Assembly: GCA_046351395.1 (NCBI GenBank)
Contig: JAXLYP010000017.1
Span: 1,508-65,507, forward strand
Direction: 5' to 3'
Source of the DNA: Polyangiaceae bacterium
Lineage (GTDB): Bacteria > Myxococcota_A > Polyangia > Polyangiales > Polyangiaceae
DNA length: 64,000 nt
The position numbers and the translations under genes are program-made. Position 1 is the stretch's first letter, and each line of letters starts with the position of its first letter. Positions 28,085 to 36,899 of this stretch are shown piece by piece. The notes below the pieces were generated by a model. That model was not told the origin of the DNA, did not search any database, and was given only the letters and a program-made list of their open reading frames with translations.

Positions 28085-28266
28085 CTAGAGCACCGATCAT
28101 GTTGAAACGCCGACGTATGCACCCGATTTCGGAGAGATCCACACGGCCTCGTCGCTCCGCTCCTCAGATGACGAGGAGTCGTCTTGCGGTGCTCGCTCCT
28201 CGGACGTGCGCCTCTCCCTCGAACTCGCGCGCATTCGTTCGGGTTTCAACCTGTTCGGTGCTCTAG
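28085..28266. repeat. TIR-bounded 182-bp intergenic element, copy B (MITE-like)
   Basis: ctagagcaccgatcatgttgaaacgccgacg...cattcgttcgggtttcaacctgttcggtgctctag. The terminal inverted repeats are 12/12 perfect and about 30/35 over the extended termini. It fills the spacer exactly, from the kinase stop codon to the GTG start at 28267. Confidence 0.75.
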
Positions 28267-29190
28267 GTGCGAACGTCGCTCTTCGCGATCGCCCTCGCCT
28301 CGCCATCCGTCGCGCTCGCCGCGCCCGGTCCCACGTCTGCGCAGGCCGAGGCGCTGTTTCAAGAAGGGATCGCGCTCGTCGATCAGGGGCAGCCCGCCCT
28401 CGGCTGCCCGAAGCTCGAAGAGAGCGAGCGGCTCGAGTCCCAGGTGGGCACCGAGTTCCGACTCGCGGACTGCTACGAGCGCATCGGGCGGACCGCGAGC
28501 GCGTGGGCCCTCTTCGTCCAGGTGCAGGGGAAGGTCGAGACGAAGGAGGAGATCGAGAAGGCGAAGGGACGCGTGGACGCGCTCGCGCCCAAGCTCACGC
28601 GCCTGCGCATCCTCGTGCCGGACGCCGTCGCGTCGCTCGTCGAGCTCGAGGTGCAGCGTGACGGTGTGCTCGTCGGTCGCGCGAGCTTCGGAGCGGCGGC
28701 GCCCGTGGACCCGGGGCCCCACACGATCCGCGTGACCGCGAAGGGCAAGGCGCCCTGGGAACGGCACGTCACGGCGGACGGGCCCGGCGCGACCGTGGAC
28801 GTGTCCGTCCCCGAGCTCGAGGCTTCGACCGAGGGGAGCGCGGGTGGCTGGGGCATGCACCCGCGGCGCGTGGCGGGCTTCGCGATCGGTGGTGCGGGGC
28901 TCCTCGGGCTCGCGATCGGCGGCGTGCTCGCGGGCGTCGCGGCGAGCACGTGGAGCGACGCGGAGGCCCTCTGTCCCGCGAAGAAGGGCTGCTCCGAAGA
29001 GGCGCACGCCGAGAGCCTCACCGCGCTGTCGCTCGCGGACGGCGCGACCGCGATGTTCGTGATCGGCGGTGCCCTCGCCGCGACCGGGATCGTCCTCGCC
29101 GCCATCCCGACGTCGCAGGGAAGCGCGGAGCGCGCGGCGGTGTGGATCGCGCCAACCTTCGGGGGCGCGCTCCTGAAGGGGACGTTCTGA
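28267..29190 (+). CDS. Secreted/membrane protein with PEGA-like beta domain and C-terminal TM helices (hypothetical)
   Basis: GTG 28267 gives MRTSLFAIALASPSVALAAPG (signal peptide). N-terminal TPR-like helix pair. PEGA-like segment LRILVPDAVASLVELEVQRDGVLVGRASFGAAAPVDPGPHTIRVTAKGK. Two C-terminal TM helices. There is no SD sequence, because the start abuts the repeat element, so the start is uncertain. Confidence 0.5.
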   Translation: MRTSLFAIALASPSVALAAPGPTSAQAEALFQEGIALVDQGQPALGCPKLEESERLESQVGTEFRLADCYERIGRTASAWALFVQVQGKVETKEEIEKAKGRVDALAPKLTRLRILVPDAVASLVELEVQRDGVLVGRASFGAAAPVDPGPHTIRVTAKGKAPWERHVTADGPGATVDVSVPELEASTEGSAGGWGMHPRRVAGFAIGGAGLLGLAIGGVLAGVAASTWSDAEALCPAKKGCSEEAHAESLTALSLADGATAMFVIGGALAATGIVLAAIPTSQGSAERAAVWIAPTFGGALLKGTF

Positions 29191-29270
29191 CGTGCGCGTC
29201 GACGCGCCCGGGCCGCTCACTTTCCCTCTCGCGCGCGCGGTCTCCGCGCCTCGAGGGGACGCCTGACTCC

Positions 29271-30614
29271 ATGTCGCGCGCGCACCCTACGAGCTCGACC
29301 CTCACGGACATGACGACGTTCTCCGTCGAGGTGCCTTCGCTCCGCGTGTCCGTCGCGACGCCGGGCGCGGCGCCGCTCTCCGCCGTCCTCGGCGTCGCGC
29401 CGCTCGTGCTCGGCACCAGCGCGGATGCGGACGTCGTCGTCGCGGACACCAAGGTGTCGCGCCGCCACTGCGAGCTCCGCCTGACCGATCAGGGCGTCGT
29501 CCTCCGGGATCTCCAGAGCAAGAACGGCGTCTTCATCGGCGTTGTGCGGGTCCACGAGGCGATCCTCGCGCTCGACACCCCCGCGACGATCGGCTCCTCG
29601 ACCGTCACGGTGCGCGCCGATGGGCCCGCGGCGAAGCTGCCCCTCTCGCCCGCCGCGCGCTTCGGGGAGGCGGTCGGCGGGTCGATCGCGATGCGGCTCC
29701 TCTTCGCGCAGCTCGACCGCGTCGCGCAGACACACGAGACGGTCTTGCTCATCGGCGAGTCGGGCACGGGCAAGGAGATCCTCGCGCGCGCGATCCATGA
29801 TCACAGCCCTCGGCGCGCGGGCGCGTACGTCGTCTTCGACTGCAGCGCCGCGGCGCCGAACCTGATCGAGGATCAGCTGTTCGGGCACGTGCGCGGCGCG
29901 TTCACGGGCGCCGAGGACACGCGCCCCGGCGTGTTCGAGCAAGCGCACGGCGGGACGCTCTTCCTCGACGAGATCGGGGAGCTCCCGCTCGAGCTGCAGC
30001 CGAAGCTCCTCCGCGCGCTCGAGTCGCGCACGATCGTGAAGCTCGGGGACTCGACGAGGCGAGCCGTCGATTGTCGCGTGATCGCCGCGACGCACCGCAA
30101 CCTGCGGGCGCTCGTGCAGGAGGGGCGGTTCCGTCAGGATCTCTACTATCGCCTGCAGGTCGTGGAGCGGCGCGTCCCCCCGCTCCGGGAGCGGAGAGAG
30201 GACATCCCGATCCTGGTCGAGCGGTTCCTCGCCGCGCACACGCCGCCGCGCTCGCTCGCCGATCTGCCCCCGAACGCGGTCGCCATGCTCGAGTCGCACG
30301 CGTTCCCGGGGAACGTGCGCGAGCTGCGCAACACCGTCGCGCGTCTCGTCCTGTTCGCGGATCTCGGGGACGTCACGGGCGACGCCGCGGACACCTTCAC
30401 CGACGATGGCCTCGGACGCCTCGCCGACCTCCCGCTCAAGGACGCGCGCGACGTCGTCGTGGAGCGCTTCGAGAAGTCGTTCGTCGAGGCGAAGCTGAAG
30501 CGCGCGGGCGGCGTCGTGGTCGAGGCCGCCGCGTCGATGGGTGTGTCGCGGCAGATGGTCTACAAGCTCATGGACCGCTACGGGATCCCGCGCGGCGGGG
30601 AGCGCGACAAATAG
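29271..30614 (+). CDS. Sigma54-dependent transcriptional activator with N-terminal FHA domain
   Basis: ATG 29271. FHA-like N-terminus ([48 protein letters not shown]). AAA+ Walker A GESGTGKE. The sigma54-contact GAFTGA motif. Walker B LFLDEIGE. Arg finger region. C-terminal Fis-type HTH ([14 protein letters not shown]). Confidence 0.85.
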   Translation: MSRAHPTSSTLTDMTTFSVEVPSLRVSVATPGAAPLSAVLGVAPLVLGTSADADVVVADTKVSRRHCELRLTDQGVVLRDLQSKNGVFIGVVRVHEAILALDTPATIGSSTVTVRADGPAAKLPLSPAARFGEAVGGSIAMRLLFAQLDRVAQTHETVLLIGESGTGKEILARAIHDHSPRRAGAYVVFDCSAAAPNLIEDQLFGHVRGAFTGAEDTRPGVFEQAHGGTLFLDEIGELPLELQPKLLRALESRTIVKLGDSTRRAVDCRVIAATHRNLRALVQEGRFRQDLYYRLQVVERRVPPLRERREDIPILVERFLAAHTPPRSLADLPPNAVAMLESHAFPGNVRELRNTVARLVLFADLGDVTGDAADTFTDDGLGRLADLPLKDARDVVVERFEKSFVEAKLKRAGGVVVEAAASMGVSRQMVYKLMDRYGIPRGGERDK

Positions 30615-30615
30615 C

Positions 30616-30636
30616 GGCGGGCTCGGCCCCGCTCAG
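30616..30636. terminator. Weak GC-rich hairpin between convergent genes (possible bidirectional terminator)
   Basis: gcgggCTCGGCcccgc lies just after the EBP stop (30614) and before the stop of the minus-strand gene (30691). There is no U-tract, which may be normal at this GC content. Confidence 0.2.
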
Positions 30637-30690
30637 CGCCACAGGGCCGCACGGCGCTCGCCGCCGCTGCACCGTCGAAGCACGCGGCGG

Positions 30691-31176
30691 TTACTCGGCG
30701 ATCTTCGCGAACACGTCGTCGCGGAGGCGCTTTGCGTCCGCCACGTCGATGCCGAACGCATCGCGGATGTCGCCCTCGAGCGCGATCTCCTCGTCCGTCG
30801 TCGCGAAGTCGACGAGCGTCATCGCGAACGCGAGTTGAAAGGCGAGGCGCCGCGTCGAGTCGCTCGTGAGGCTCGCGCCGATCTCCTTCAGCCGAACGAG
30901 CTCCCGGCCCGTGGGCACGCGCCGGGCGAATGTACCGAGCAACGTCTCGATATCGAGCTCCGAGAGCGGCGGCGCCTCCGGGTCGACGAGCCCACGGAGG
31001 CGCAGCGCGAGGTTCCGAAACGCGTCGAGCTCCTCCTCCGGGACCTCGCGATCGATCGCCATCGCGACGTACGCGACCTCGAGCAGCGCGTTCGCTTCGA
31101 TCGGCTGAAGCACCACCTTGCCCACCGGGGGAAGAACGAGCACGACACGCGCGCTCCAGGAGTTCGGTCCGCTCAT
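30691..31176 (-). CDS. TerB-like (tellurite-resistance TerB family) protein
   Basis: ATG 31176 (MSGPNSWSARVV...). Two helical halves with the TerB-like pattern (EANALLEVAYVAMAIDREVPEEELDAFRNLALRLRGL; RRLAFQLAFAMTLVDFATTDEEIALEGDIRDAFGI). The upstream part of ORF 30691..31707 is Ser/Arg junk. Confidence 0.5.
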   Translation of the reverse strand: MSGPNSWSARVVLVLPPVGKVVLQPIEANALLEVAYVAMAIDREVPEEELDAFRNLALRLRGLVDPEAPPLSELDIETLLGTFARRVPTGRELVRLKEIGASLTSDSTRRLAFQLAFAMTLVDFATTDEEIALEGDIRDAFGIDVADAKRLRDDVFAKIAE

Positions 31177-31240
31177 GGATCCGGACACGATAGAACATCT
31201 TGCGCACGCCGCCCCAGAGCTCACGGAGCATCGCGCATCG

Positions 31241-32185
31241 TCACCTCGCGGCTCCCGGTCGGCGCCGCCGATCGACGAATCGGACGAAGCGCTGGGCGAG
31301 GCCGCTGCGTGGAGCGTTCGACGGGAAGATGGCGTAGACCGGCGGCGAGGCGAGCCGGTACGCGGGGAGGATCTCGACGAGCCGCTGCGCCTCCAGATCG
31401 TGGGCTGCCATCGCAGAGGGAACCATCGCGACGCCCGCTCCGCCCCGCGCCAATCCGACGAGCGCGGCGGCGGCGTCCGCGGTGACGCGCGCGCGGAACG
31501 GGAGCTCGACGCGCGCGTCCGTGGCGCGTGAGAAGAACTCGGCGACGGGCGGGCGCGAGCGGAGCCCGATCCAGTCCCAACTCGCGAGGTCGCGCGGATG
31601 CGATGGCGCCGCGCGCTCCGCAGCGTACGCGGGGCTCGACACGAGCTTGCGCTCGAAGTCGAACAGCCGCCGGGCGAGGAGCGCGCTGTCGCGCAGCGCC
31701 CCCGCACGGATCGCCAGGTCCATGCCCTCGTCGACGACGTCGACCTGCGTGTCCGATAGATGGAGGCTCACGGCGACGCGGGGGTGCGCGCGCGCGAAGG
31801 CCGCGAGATCCTCGTACAGCGCATCGGTGAGGATCGCGGCCGGAGCCGCGACGCGGAGTGTTCCCTTCGGGCTGTCCGCGAGGTCCCCTACGGCGCTCAC
31901 CCCCTCTTCTGCGGCCGCGATCATCACGCGCGCAGACGCGAGCAGCGCCGCGCCCGCCTCGGTGAGCGTGACCGATCGAGTCGTCCGGTAAAGGAGGGCG
32001 ACGCCGAGCGCGGCCTCGAGCTCGGAGACGTGGTGGCTCACGACCGACGGCGAGAGGCCGAGCGCGGACGCCGCGCCACGAAACGATCCGAGCTCCGCGG
32101 TGCGCGCGAACACCGCGATCGCCCGGAGGTGGTCGAGGGACCGGGGGCGGGAGCGCGTCGGGGCCACTGTTCGATTCTGTCGCAC
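31241..32185 (-). CDS. LysR family transcriptional regulator
   Basis: N-terminal HTH (LDHLRAIAVFARTAELGSFRGAASALGLSPSVVSHHVSELEAALGVALLYRTTRSVTLTEAG) and a LysR substrate-binding domain. Tracker start is GTG 32185; the true start may be slightly downstream. Divergent from the SnoaL-like gene. Confidence 0.8.
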   Translation of the reverse strand: MRQNRTVAPTRSRPRSLDHLRAIAVFARTAELGSFRGAASALGLSPSVVSHHVSELEAALGVALLYRTTRSVTLTEAGAALLASARVMIAAAEEGVSAVGDLADSPKGTLRVAAPAAILTDALYEDLAAFARAHPRVAVSLHLSDTQVDVVDEGMDLAIRAGALRDSALLARRLFDFERKLVSSPAYAAERAAPSHPRDLASWDWIGLRSRPPVAEFFSRATDARVELPFRARVTADAAAALVGLARGGAGVAMVPSAMAAHDLEAQRLVEILPAYRLASPPVYAIFPSNAPRSGLAQRFVRFVDRRRRPGAAR

Positions 32186-32285
32186 AGTGCGATCCGCTGC
32201 CAGCCGTTGTAGCCCTGGGCCCGGCTCCTAGGTTCGTCGCTCGCCACGGGGAGTACCCGCGGCGCCCGAACGAAGGAGACGACCC

Positions 32286-32699
32286 ATGACGAACCTCGAA
32301 GAGACCGTGCTGCCGTTTTACCGAGAGTGCCTGACCGTGCGCCCCGGCGGCGATCCCGCGGCGGTGATGAGGCGGATCCTCTCGGACGACTTTCAATCCA
32401 TCGGGAGCGTGGACGTGAAGACGCGCGATCAGCTGAGCGCGCAGATTGGCTTCTTCTGGAAGCTCATCCCGGATCTGCGCTGGGAGGTCGCGGAGGCTCT
32501 GCCGTCTTCTCAGGACCGCCTGATCGTCCGCTCGATCGCGTCCGGGACGCCGAAGGGAGACTTCATGGGCCTCCCGACCGACGGCACGCGGAGCTTCAAG
32601 ATCATGACGATCGACATCCACACGGTCGTCAGCGGACGCGTGAGCCGAGTCCACCACCTCGAGGATTGGGTCACCGCGATGAAGCAACTCAAGGGCTGA
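32286..32699 (+). CDS. SnoaL-like / ester cyclase (NTF2-like fold) protein
   Basis: ATG preceded by AAGGAG. 137 aa. Signature ...FYRECLTVRPGGDP...LSDDFQSIGSVDVKTRDQLSAQIGFFWKLIPDLRWEVAEALPSSQDRLIVRSIASGTPKGDFMGLPTDGTRSFKIMTIDIHTVVSGRVSRVHHLEDW resembles the SnoaL-like polyketide cyclase family. Confidence 0.65.
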   Translation: MTNLEETVLPFYRECLTVRPGGDPAAVMRRILSDDFQSIGSVDVKTRDQLSAQIGFFWKLIPDLRWEVAEALPSSQDRLIVRSIASGTPKGDFMGLPTDGTRSFKIMTIDIHTVVSGRVSRVHHLEDWVTAMKQLKG

Positions 32700-32737
32700 G
32701 GCTTGACCCGTGCCGCGGAGCCGCGGCCTACTGGGGC

Positions 32738-33655
32738 ATGCGCTTCAACGTTCGAGCTCGCTCCGCTGCTTGGACCATGATCGTCTCGCTGCTCGTCGCG
32801 TGCGATGACGCGACGGGATCGGGCGCGGGGGGCGCGAGTGCATCGAGCGGGAGCGTCGGCTCGACGCAGGCGAGCACGGGCCAGGCGAGCTCGGGGCAAG
32901 GGACGACGGGCGCGACGAGCTCGGGCGCCACGTCGTCCGCGTCCACCGGGACCGGGATGGGTTGTCCGTTGCTCGTCGACACGTTCGACGGCGCGGCGCT
33001 CTCGCCCTGTTGGACGGCGCTGAACGGGCCCGGATCCGCGTCGCCGCTGTTCTCGGTCGCGCTCGCGTCGGGCGCGCTGCACCTCGTCGCGACGAACGGC
33101 GCGTCGGGCGTCTGGTACCAGGGCAGCACCAAGTCGCTCCTCTACCAAACCGTCGCCGCCGACCACTTCAAGGTCACGACCACGGTGCACCCGCGCAAGC
33201 GGACGAACGCGAACGCCGCGCCCACGAACCCGCTCCACGTCGGCGGCTTGATGGTGCGTGATCCCGCGTCGAACGGCGGCGCGACCGAGAGCTACGTGTT
33301 CATCATGGCCGGTTCGAACGAGCAAGCGCAGCCCGGCGTGGAGGTGAAGAGCACGACGAATGGCGTCAGCCTCTTCTCCGAACCGGTGTGGGCCGACCCG
33401 CTCGCCGCGGATCTGCGCGTGTGCCGTCTCGGGAGCGACTTCTACCTCTACAAGCGCGTCGTCGGCTCCGGCGCGTGGCAGCTCGCCGACCACCAGGGCG
33501 AGGCCAAGCCCATCGCGCGCCCCGATCTCCCGATGACCGTGCAAGTCGGGCTCGCGCTGAACTTCAACGGACCGGACAACGATCTCGACGTCGCGTTCGA
33601 CGCCGTGGATCTCGGCCCCTCGCCGGCGACGGCCGCGGACTGTACCTCCGACTGA
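32738..33655 (+). CDS. Lipoprotein with Ser/Thr/Gly-rich linker and C-terminal beta-sandwich-like domain (hypothetical)
   Basis: ATG 32738 gives MRFNVRARSAAWTMIVSLLVACDD (lipobox), then a linker GSGAGGASASSGSVGSTQASTGQASSGQGTTGATSSGATSSASTGTG, then a 230-aa domain (ALHLVATNGASGVWYQGS...). Confidence 0.6.
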   Translation: MRFNVRARSAAWTMIVSLLVACDDATGSGAGGASASSGSVGSTQASTGQASSGQGTTGATSSGATSSASTGTGMGCPLLVDTFDGAALSPCWTALNGPGSASPLFSVALASGALHLVATNGASGVWYQGSTKSLLYQTVAADHFKVTTTVHPRKRTNANAAPTNPLHVGGLMVRDPASNGGATESYVFIMAGSNEQAQPGVEVKSTTNGVSLFSEPVWADPLAADLRVCRLGSDFYLYKRVVGSGAWQLADHQGEAKPIARPDLPMTVQVGLALNFNGPDNDLDVAFDAVDLGPSPATAADCTSD

Positions 33656-33780
33656 GGTTCGCGGCGCGCGCCCGACGCAACTGCCGTCCATCTCTCGCTG
33701 GCGCGAGGCGCGAGCCGATTGGCGCGAAAGCACCATCGACGAGGATCGACGCGCGCGCGGAGACTGGCCAACACCGTCGC

Positions 33781-34083
33781 ATGCGACATGCCCTTCGGAC
33801 CTCGAGTGTCTTCCTCGGCTTCCTCCTCCTCGTCGGCGCCACGTTCGCCTGCGGCTCGAACGCGGAGGCGACGGCGGTCTGTGAGAAGGCGAACGCGCGC
33901 TGGACGGCGTGCATGATCGAGCTCATGGGGCCGAACGCGGCGGCGCTCGCGAAGGAGAAGACAGACATTGCGGGGTGCGCGTCGGAGGAGAAGACCGTCG
34001 CGATGTACGCGGAGTGTCTGCCCAAGGCCACGTGCACGGACTTCACGCAATGCATGTTCGCGCACGTCGAAGAGACGATGTGA
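33781..34083 (+). CDS. Small Cys-containing lipoprotein (hypothetical)
   Basis: ATG 33781 gives MRHALRTSSVFLGFLLLVGATFACGS (lipobox). 100 aa with 8 Cys. Confidence 0.55.
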   Translation: MRHALRTSSVFLGFLLLVGATFACGSNAEATAVCEKANARWTACMIELMGPNAAALAKEKTDIAGCASEEKTVAMYAECLPKATCTDFTQCMFAHVEETM

Positions 34084-34093
34084 GCGCGGGTCT

Positions 34094-34600
34094 TCAGCGG
34101 TGCGGCTCGGCGTGCGCGTCGCCGAGCCAGACGTCGACGTGAACACCCTGACACGCCTCTGCCTTCGCCTCGCACGGCGGTCCGGGGTTCTTCACGACGA
34201 CGCGCGCCCCGGAGACCTTGTGCTCGATGAACCAGTTCCGGAGCGCCTCGCCCCGGCGGAGCGCCTTCGAACGGTCATTCGTCGAGTCACCTGTCGATAG
34301 CGCCGAACCCGTCAGCTCGACGTGTCCGGTGGGGCTGCTGGCGAGCTTCGCGACGAGGTCGTCGAGCGCCTTCACGCCCTCGGGCGTCTCGCTCGGCTCC
34401 GTGTCGAACGCGAGGAAGAGTTGGGCGTCGGGAGTCGGAGCGGGCGCGGCGCTCGCGCTCGGTTCGACGGACGGTGAGCCGCTCGGCGCTGAGGACGCCA
34501 CGGTCGCATGAACGTCGTTGGAGCCGCACGCGGCGCTCGTCAGCGCGACGAAGAGCGCGACGAAGTCACTCCGTCTCGAACCCGAAGAAGAGCCTACCAC
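34094..34600 (-). CDS. OmpA/MotB-like domain lipoprotein (hypothetical)
   Basis: ORF 34094..34780(-). The signal/lipobox RRSDFVALFVALTSAACGS has no ATG before it; the tentative start is GTG 34600. The C-terminus (HVELTGSALSTGDSTNDRSKALRRGEALRNWFIEH) resembles an OmpA-like peptidoglycan-binding module. It overlaps the upstream gene by about 35 nt. Confidence 0.45.
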   Translation of the reverse strand: MVGSSSGSRRSDFVALFVALTSAACGSNDVHATVASSAPSGSPSVEPSASAAPAPTPDAQLFLAFDTEPSETPEGVKALDDLVAKLASSPTGHVELTGSALSTGDSTNDRSKALRRGEALRNWFIEHKVSGARVVVKNPGPPCEAKAEACQGVHVDVWLGDAHAEPHR

Positions 34601-35141
34601 CGCCGACGAGCGTACCCATCGGACGCGCCGTCTCGAACCCCGAATCGTCCACCGCTGTGCCGGCGTACGTCGCGCCGACGATCCCGTCGGCGCCGACGAG
34701 GAGCACGCCCCCCCGATCGTGGTCGAAGCGGAGCGCCGCGCGGGCGACGCCAAAGCCGTAGCTCGCGGTGTTCGGGCCATAGCCGAACCGGAGAAAATAC
34801 AGGCCGCCCACGCCGCCGCCCAACCCGAGCAGGAGCACGCGCCCGGGCTCGAACGACGCGATCGCGCCCACGTTCGATCGGCCGCAGAACAGGCAGTTCT
34901 CGAGCATCAGCGTGGCGTCGATGGTGAACCCCTCGGCGAACCTCGCGCCGAGCGCGCCCTCCATCGCGACGCCGCCGACCCACGTCGAGCCCGCGTTCGC
35001 GAAGCCCCCGCCCACCAGCGCGCCCCCGTGAAGGCGGGGGAAGCTCCCCTCCTCGGCCTGCGCCATCGGCGCGCCGATGGCGGCGGTCGCAGCAGCGGTG
35101 ACAGACAAAAGAGCACCATAGAACGCAGCCCGTCGTTGCAT
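34566..35141 (-). CDS. Secreted Gly-rich protein (hypothetical, possibly small beta-barrel)
   Basis: ATG 35141 gives MQRRAAFYGALLSVTAAATAAIGAPMAQAEE (signal peptide). Alternating Gly/hydrophobic strands (GGALVGGGFANAGSTWVGGVAMEG..., GVLLVGADGIVGATYAG...). Confidence 0.45.
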   Translation of the reverse strand: MQRRAAFYGALLSVTAAATAAIGAPMAQAEEGSFPRLHGGALVGGGFANAGSTWVGGVAMEGALGARFAEGFTIDATLMLENCLFCGRSNVGAIASFEPGRVLLLGLGGGVGGLYFLRFGYGPNTASYGFGVARAALRFDHDRGGVLLVGADGIVGATYAGTAVDDSGFETARPMGTLVGGGRLFFGFETE

Positions 35142-35314
35142 CCGCGAGACCCCGGCGATGTTCGAAGGAAGAGCGCGACCCAAATGTCATGCGGTCGCGC
35201 GAAGCGAGCTCGAAAAGCCGCGCTTCCGCGCGCGGCGACGCCCGCGTCGCAAGCGTCGCGCCAAAGGGTGAGCTCGCTCGCGCCGGCGCCGGCGCGCGAG
35301 CGCCGCAACGCGGG

Positions 35315-36769
35315 TCAGGCCACGCGCTTGACGGAGCGTGGAGCCTTCGCGCGCGGCCGGAGATCCTTCGAACGGTCGTGACGCACGTTGAAGCGCTCGA
35401 GGATCTCGTCGCGCCGCTCGATGGCCTTCTTTCGGTCGAGCACGATCTTTTGACCGTCCGCGAGCTCCACCGTCACGTAGGGCCCGGCGCCCTCCTCGAC
35501 GATCTGCACGAGCTGGCGCAAGGTCGCGATCGTCTGCCCGTCGACCTTCGTGACGATGTGGTTCTCGTACTCGTGGTACCCCTGGTTCATCTCGTCCGCG
35601 AGGACCTTCTGGAGGATCACGACCTCCTGCCGGACGGCGGTGCGGATCGACGTCTCGTATGTCGTCATGAGCTCGTTGGGAGCGGCCTTCCACCACTCGT
35701 GACCCCAGCTCTTCAGGTAGTCGCGCGTGAGGGGCGCGAAGAGCACGCCCCCGAAGATGAAATACGTCGGCATCACGTCGTAGCGATCCTCGGGGACGAG
35801 GAGGCTCGGGCCAGCGAGCGTGACCTCGAGCTCGAGGCGCTTGCGCTCGCGCAAGATCGACAGCTTGAGGCGCTCTCCAACGTGGCGGAGCGCGACGCGG
35901 AAGCTGTGATCCACGAGCTCGCCGCGCCGGAGCGTGAGCGTCCCGTCCGGGCCGACCTCTTCGCCGTCGATCGCGAGCAGCACGTCCCCCTCCTTGAGGA
36001 TGCCCCACGCGCTCGACTGGTACGCGACGCGAACGACGAACACGCCCCCGCCGCCCGGGCTGAGGCCGAGCGACTTGCGGTGCGTCGCGGACTCGAGGCG
36101 CTGCCAGATCACGCCGAGGCTGGGGAACACGAGGGGGCGCTTCGCCGCGAGATCCGCGAGGAAGTGCTGCACGACGGGCAGGGAGATCGCGTACGCGATG
36201 TTCTGCGTCTCGTCGAGCGATTGGAAGGCGACGCCGATGAGCTTGTCGCCCTTGAACACGGGGCCCCCGCTGTTGCCGGAGTTGACGGCCGCGTCGATCT
36301 GGATGGCGAGGAGCGGGCGCTGGCTGTGCGCGTACGGCGAGACCTCGATGCGCGAGACCACGCCCTGCGTGAGGGACAGGCGATCGCCGCCGATCGGGTA
36401 TCCGCACACGGTCACGTGATCGCCGAGCTCCGGGAGCTCCCCGAACTGGATGGGCGTCGCGCCCTCCCAAAACTCCTCCTTCTTGACGCGCAGCAGCGCG
36501 AGGTCGCACTCGTGGCAGACGCCCTCGACCTCGGCCGCGAACTTGTGCGATTGACCGAACCGACGGAGCTCGACGAACACCTGGTTCTGGACGACGTGCG
36601 CGTTCGTGAGGACGCGCAGGCCCCGCGCCGTCTCGATGATCGCGCCGGACCCGGAGCTCGAGGTCGGGCCGTGCATCTGCCAGGGTTGCTCGTAGTCGGG
36701 AGCGTCCGACACGGTCAGGACCTTGACGACCGAGTGCAGGACGGGCTTCTGGGAGGCGCGTTTGGTCAA
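35315..36769 (-). CDS. Trypsin-like serine protease, HtrA/Deg family, with C-terminal PDZ-like region; no signal peptide
   Basis: Catalytic triad context: TNAHVV (His), DLALL (Asp) and GNSGGP (Ser). 484 aa. Resembles cytoplasmic Deg-type proteases. Confidence 0.8.
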   Translation of the reverse strand: MTKRASQKPVLHSVVKVLTVSDAPDYEQPWQMHGPTSSSGSGAIIETARGLRVLTNAHVVQNQVFVELRRFGQSHKFAAEVEGVCHECDLALLRVKKEEFWEGATPIQFGELPELGDHVTVCGYPIGGDRLSLTQGVVSRIEVSPYAHSQRPLLAIQIDAAVNSGNSGGPVFKGDKLIGVAFQSLDETQNIAYAISLPVVQHFLADLAAKRPLVFPSLGVIWQRLESATHRKSLGLSPGGGGVFVVRVAYQSSAWGILKEGDVLLAIDGEEVGPDGTLTLRRGELVDHSFRVALRHVGERLKLSILRERKRLELEVTLAGPSLLVPEDRYDVMPTYFIFGGVLFAPLTRDYLKSWGHEWWKAAPNELMTTYETSIRTAVRQEVVILQKVLADEMNQGYHEYENHIVTKVDGQTIATLRQLVQIVEEGAGPYVTVELADGQKIVLDRKKAIERRDEILERFNVRHDRSKDLRPRAKAPRSVKRVA

Positions 36770-36899
36770 AGGATGGGTGGCCTACCGAACCCCTCGTCGC
36801 GCCACAAGCCATCGCGAGAACACCTGTGTTTCACCGGCTCCCCGCGACGACAGGAATCGGACGGCCCGGTCGGCGCGGACGTTGCGAGCTCCGCCCCCC

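Noticed and set aside
28097-28306. 69-aa ORF inside repeat copy B, similar to the C-terminus of ORF 20848..22515 in copy A
   Set aside because: The peptide similarity (…RERRT.EERAP…EAVWISPKS.AY.GVS) follows from 85% DNA identity of the repeat. The ORF runs into the neighbouring gene and has no start context. The element is most likely non-coding.
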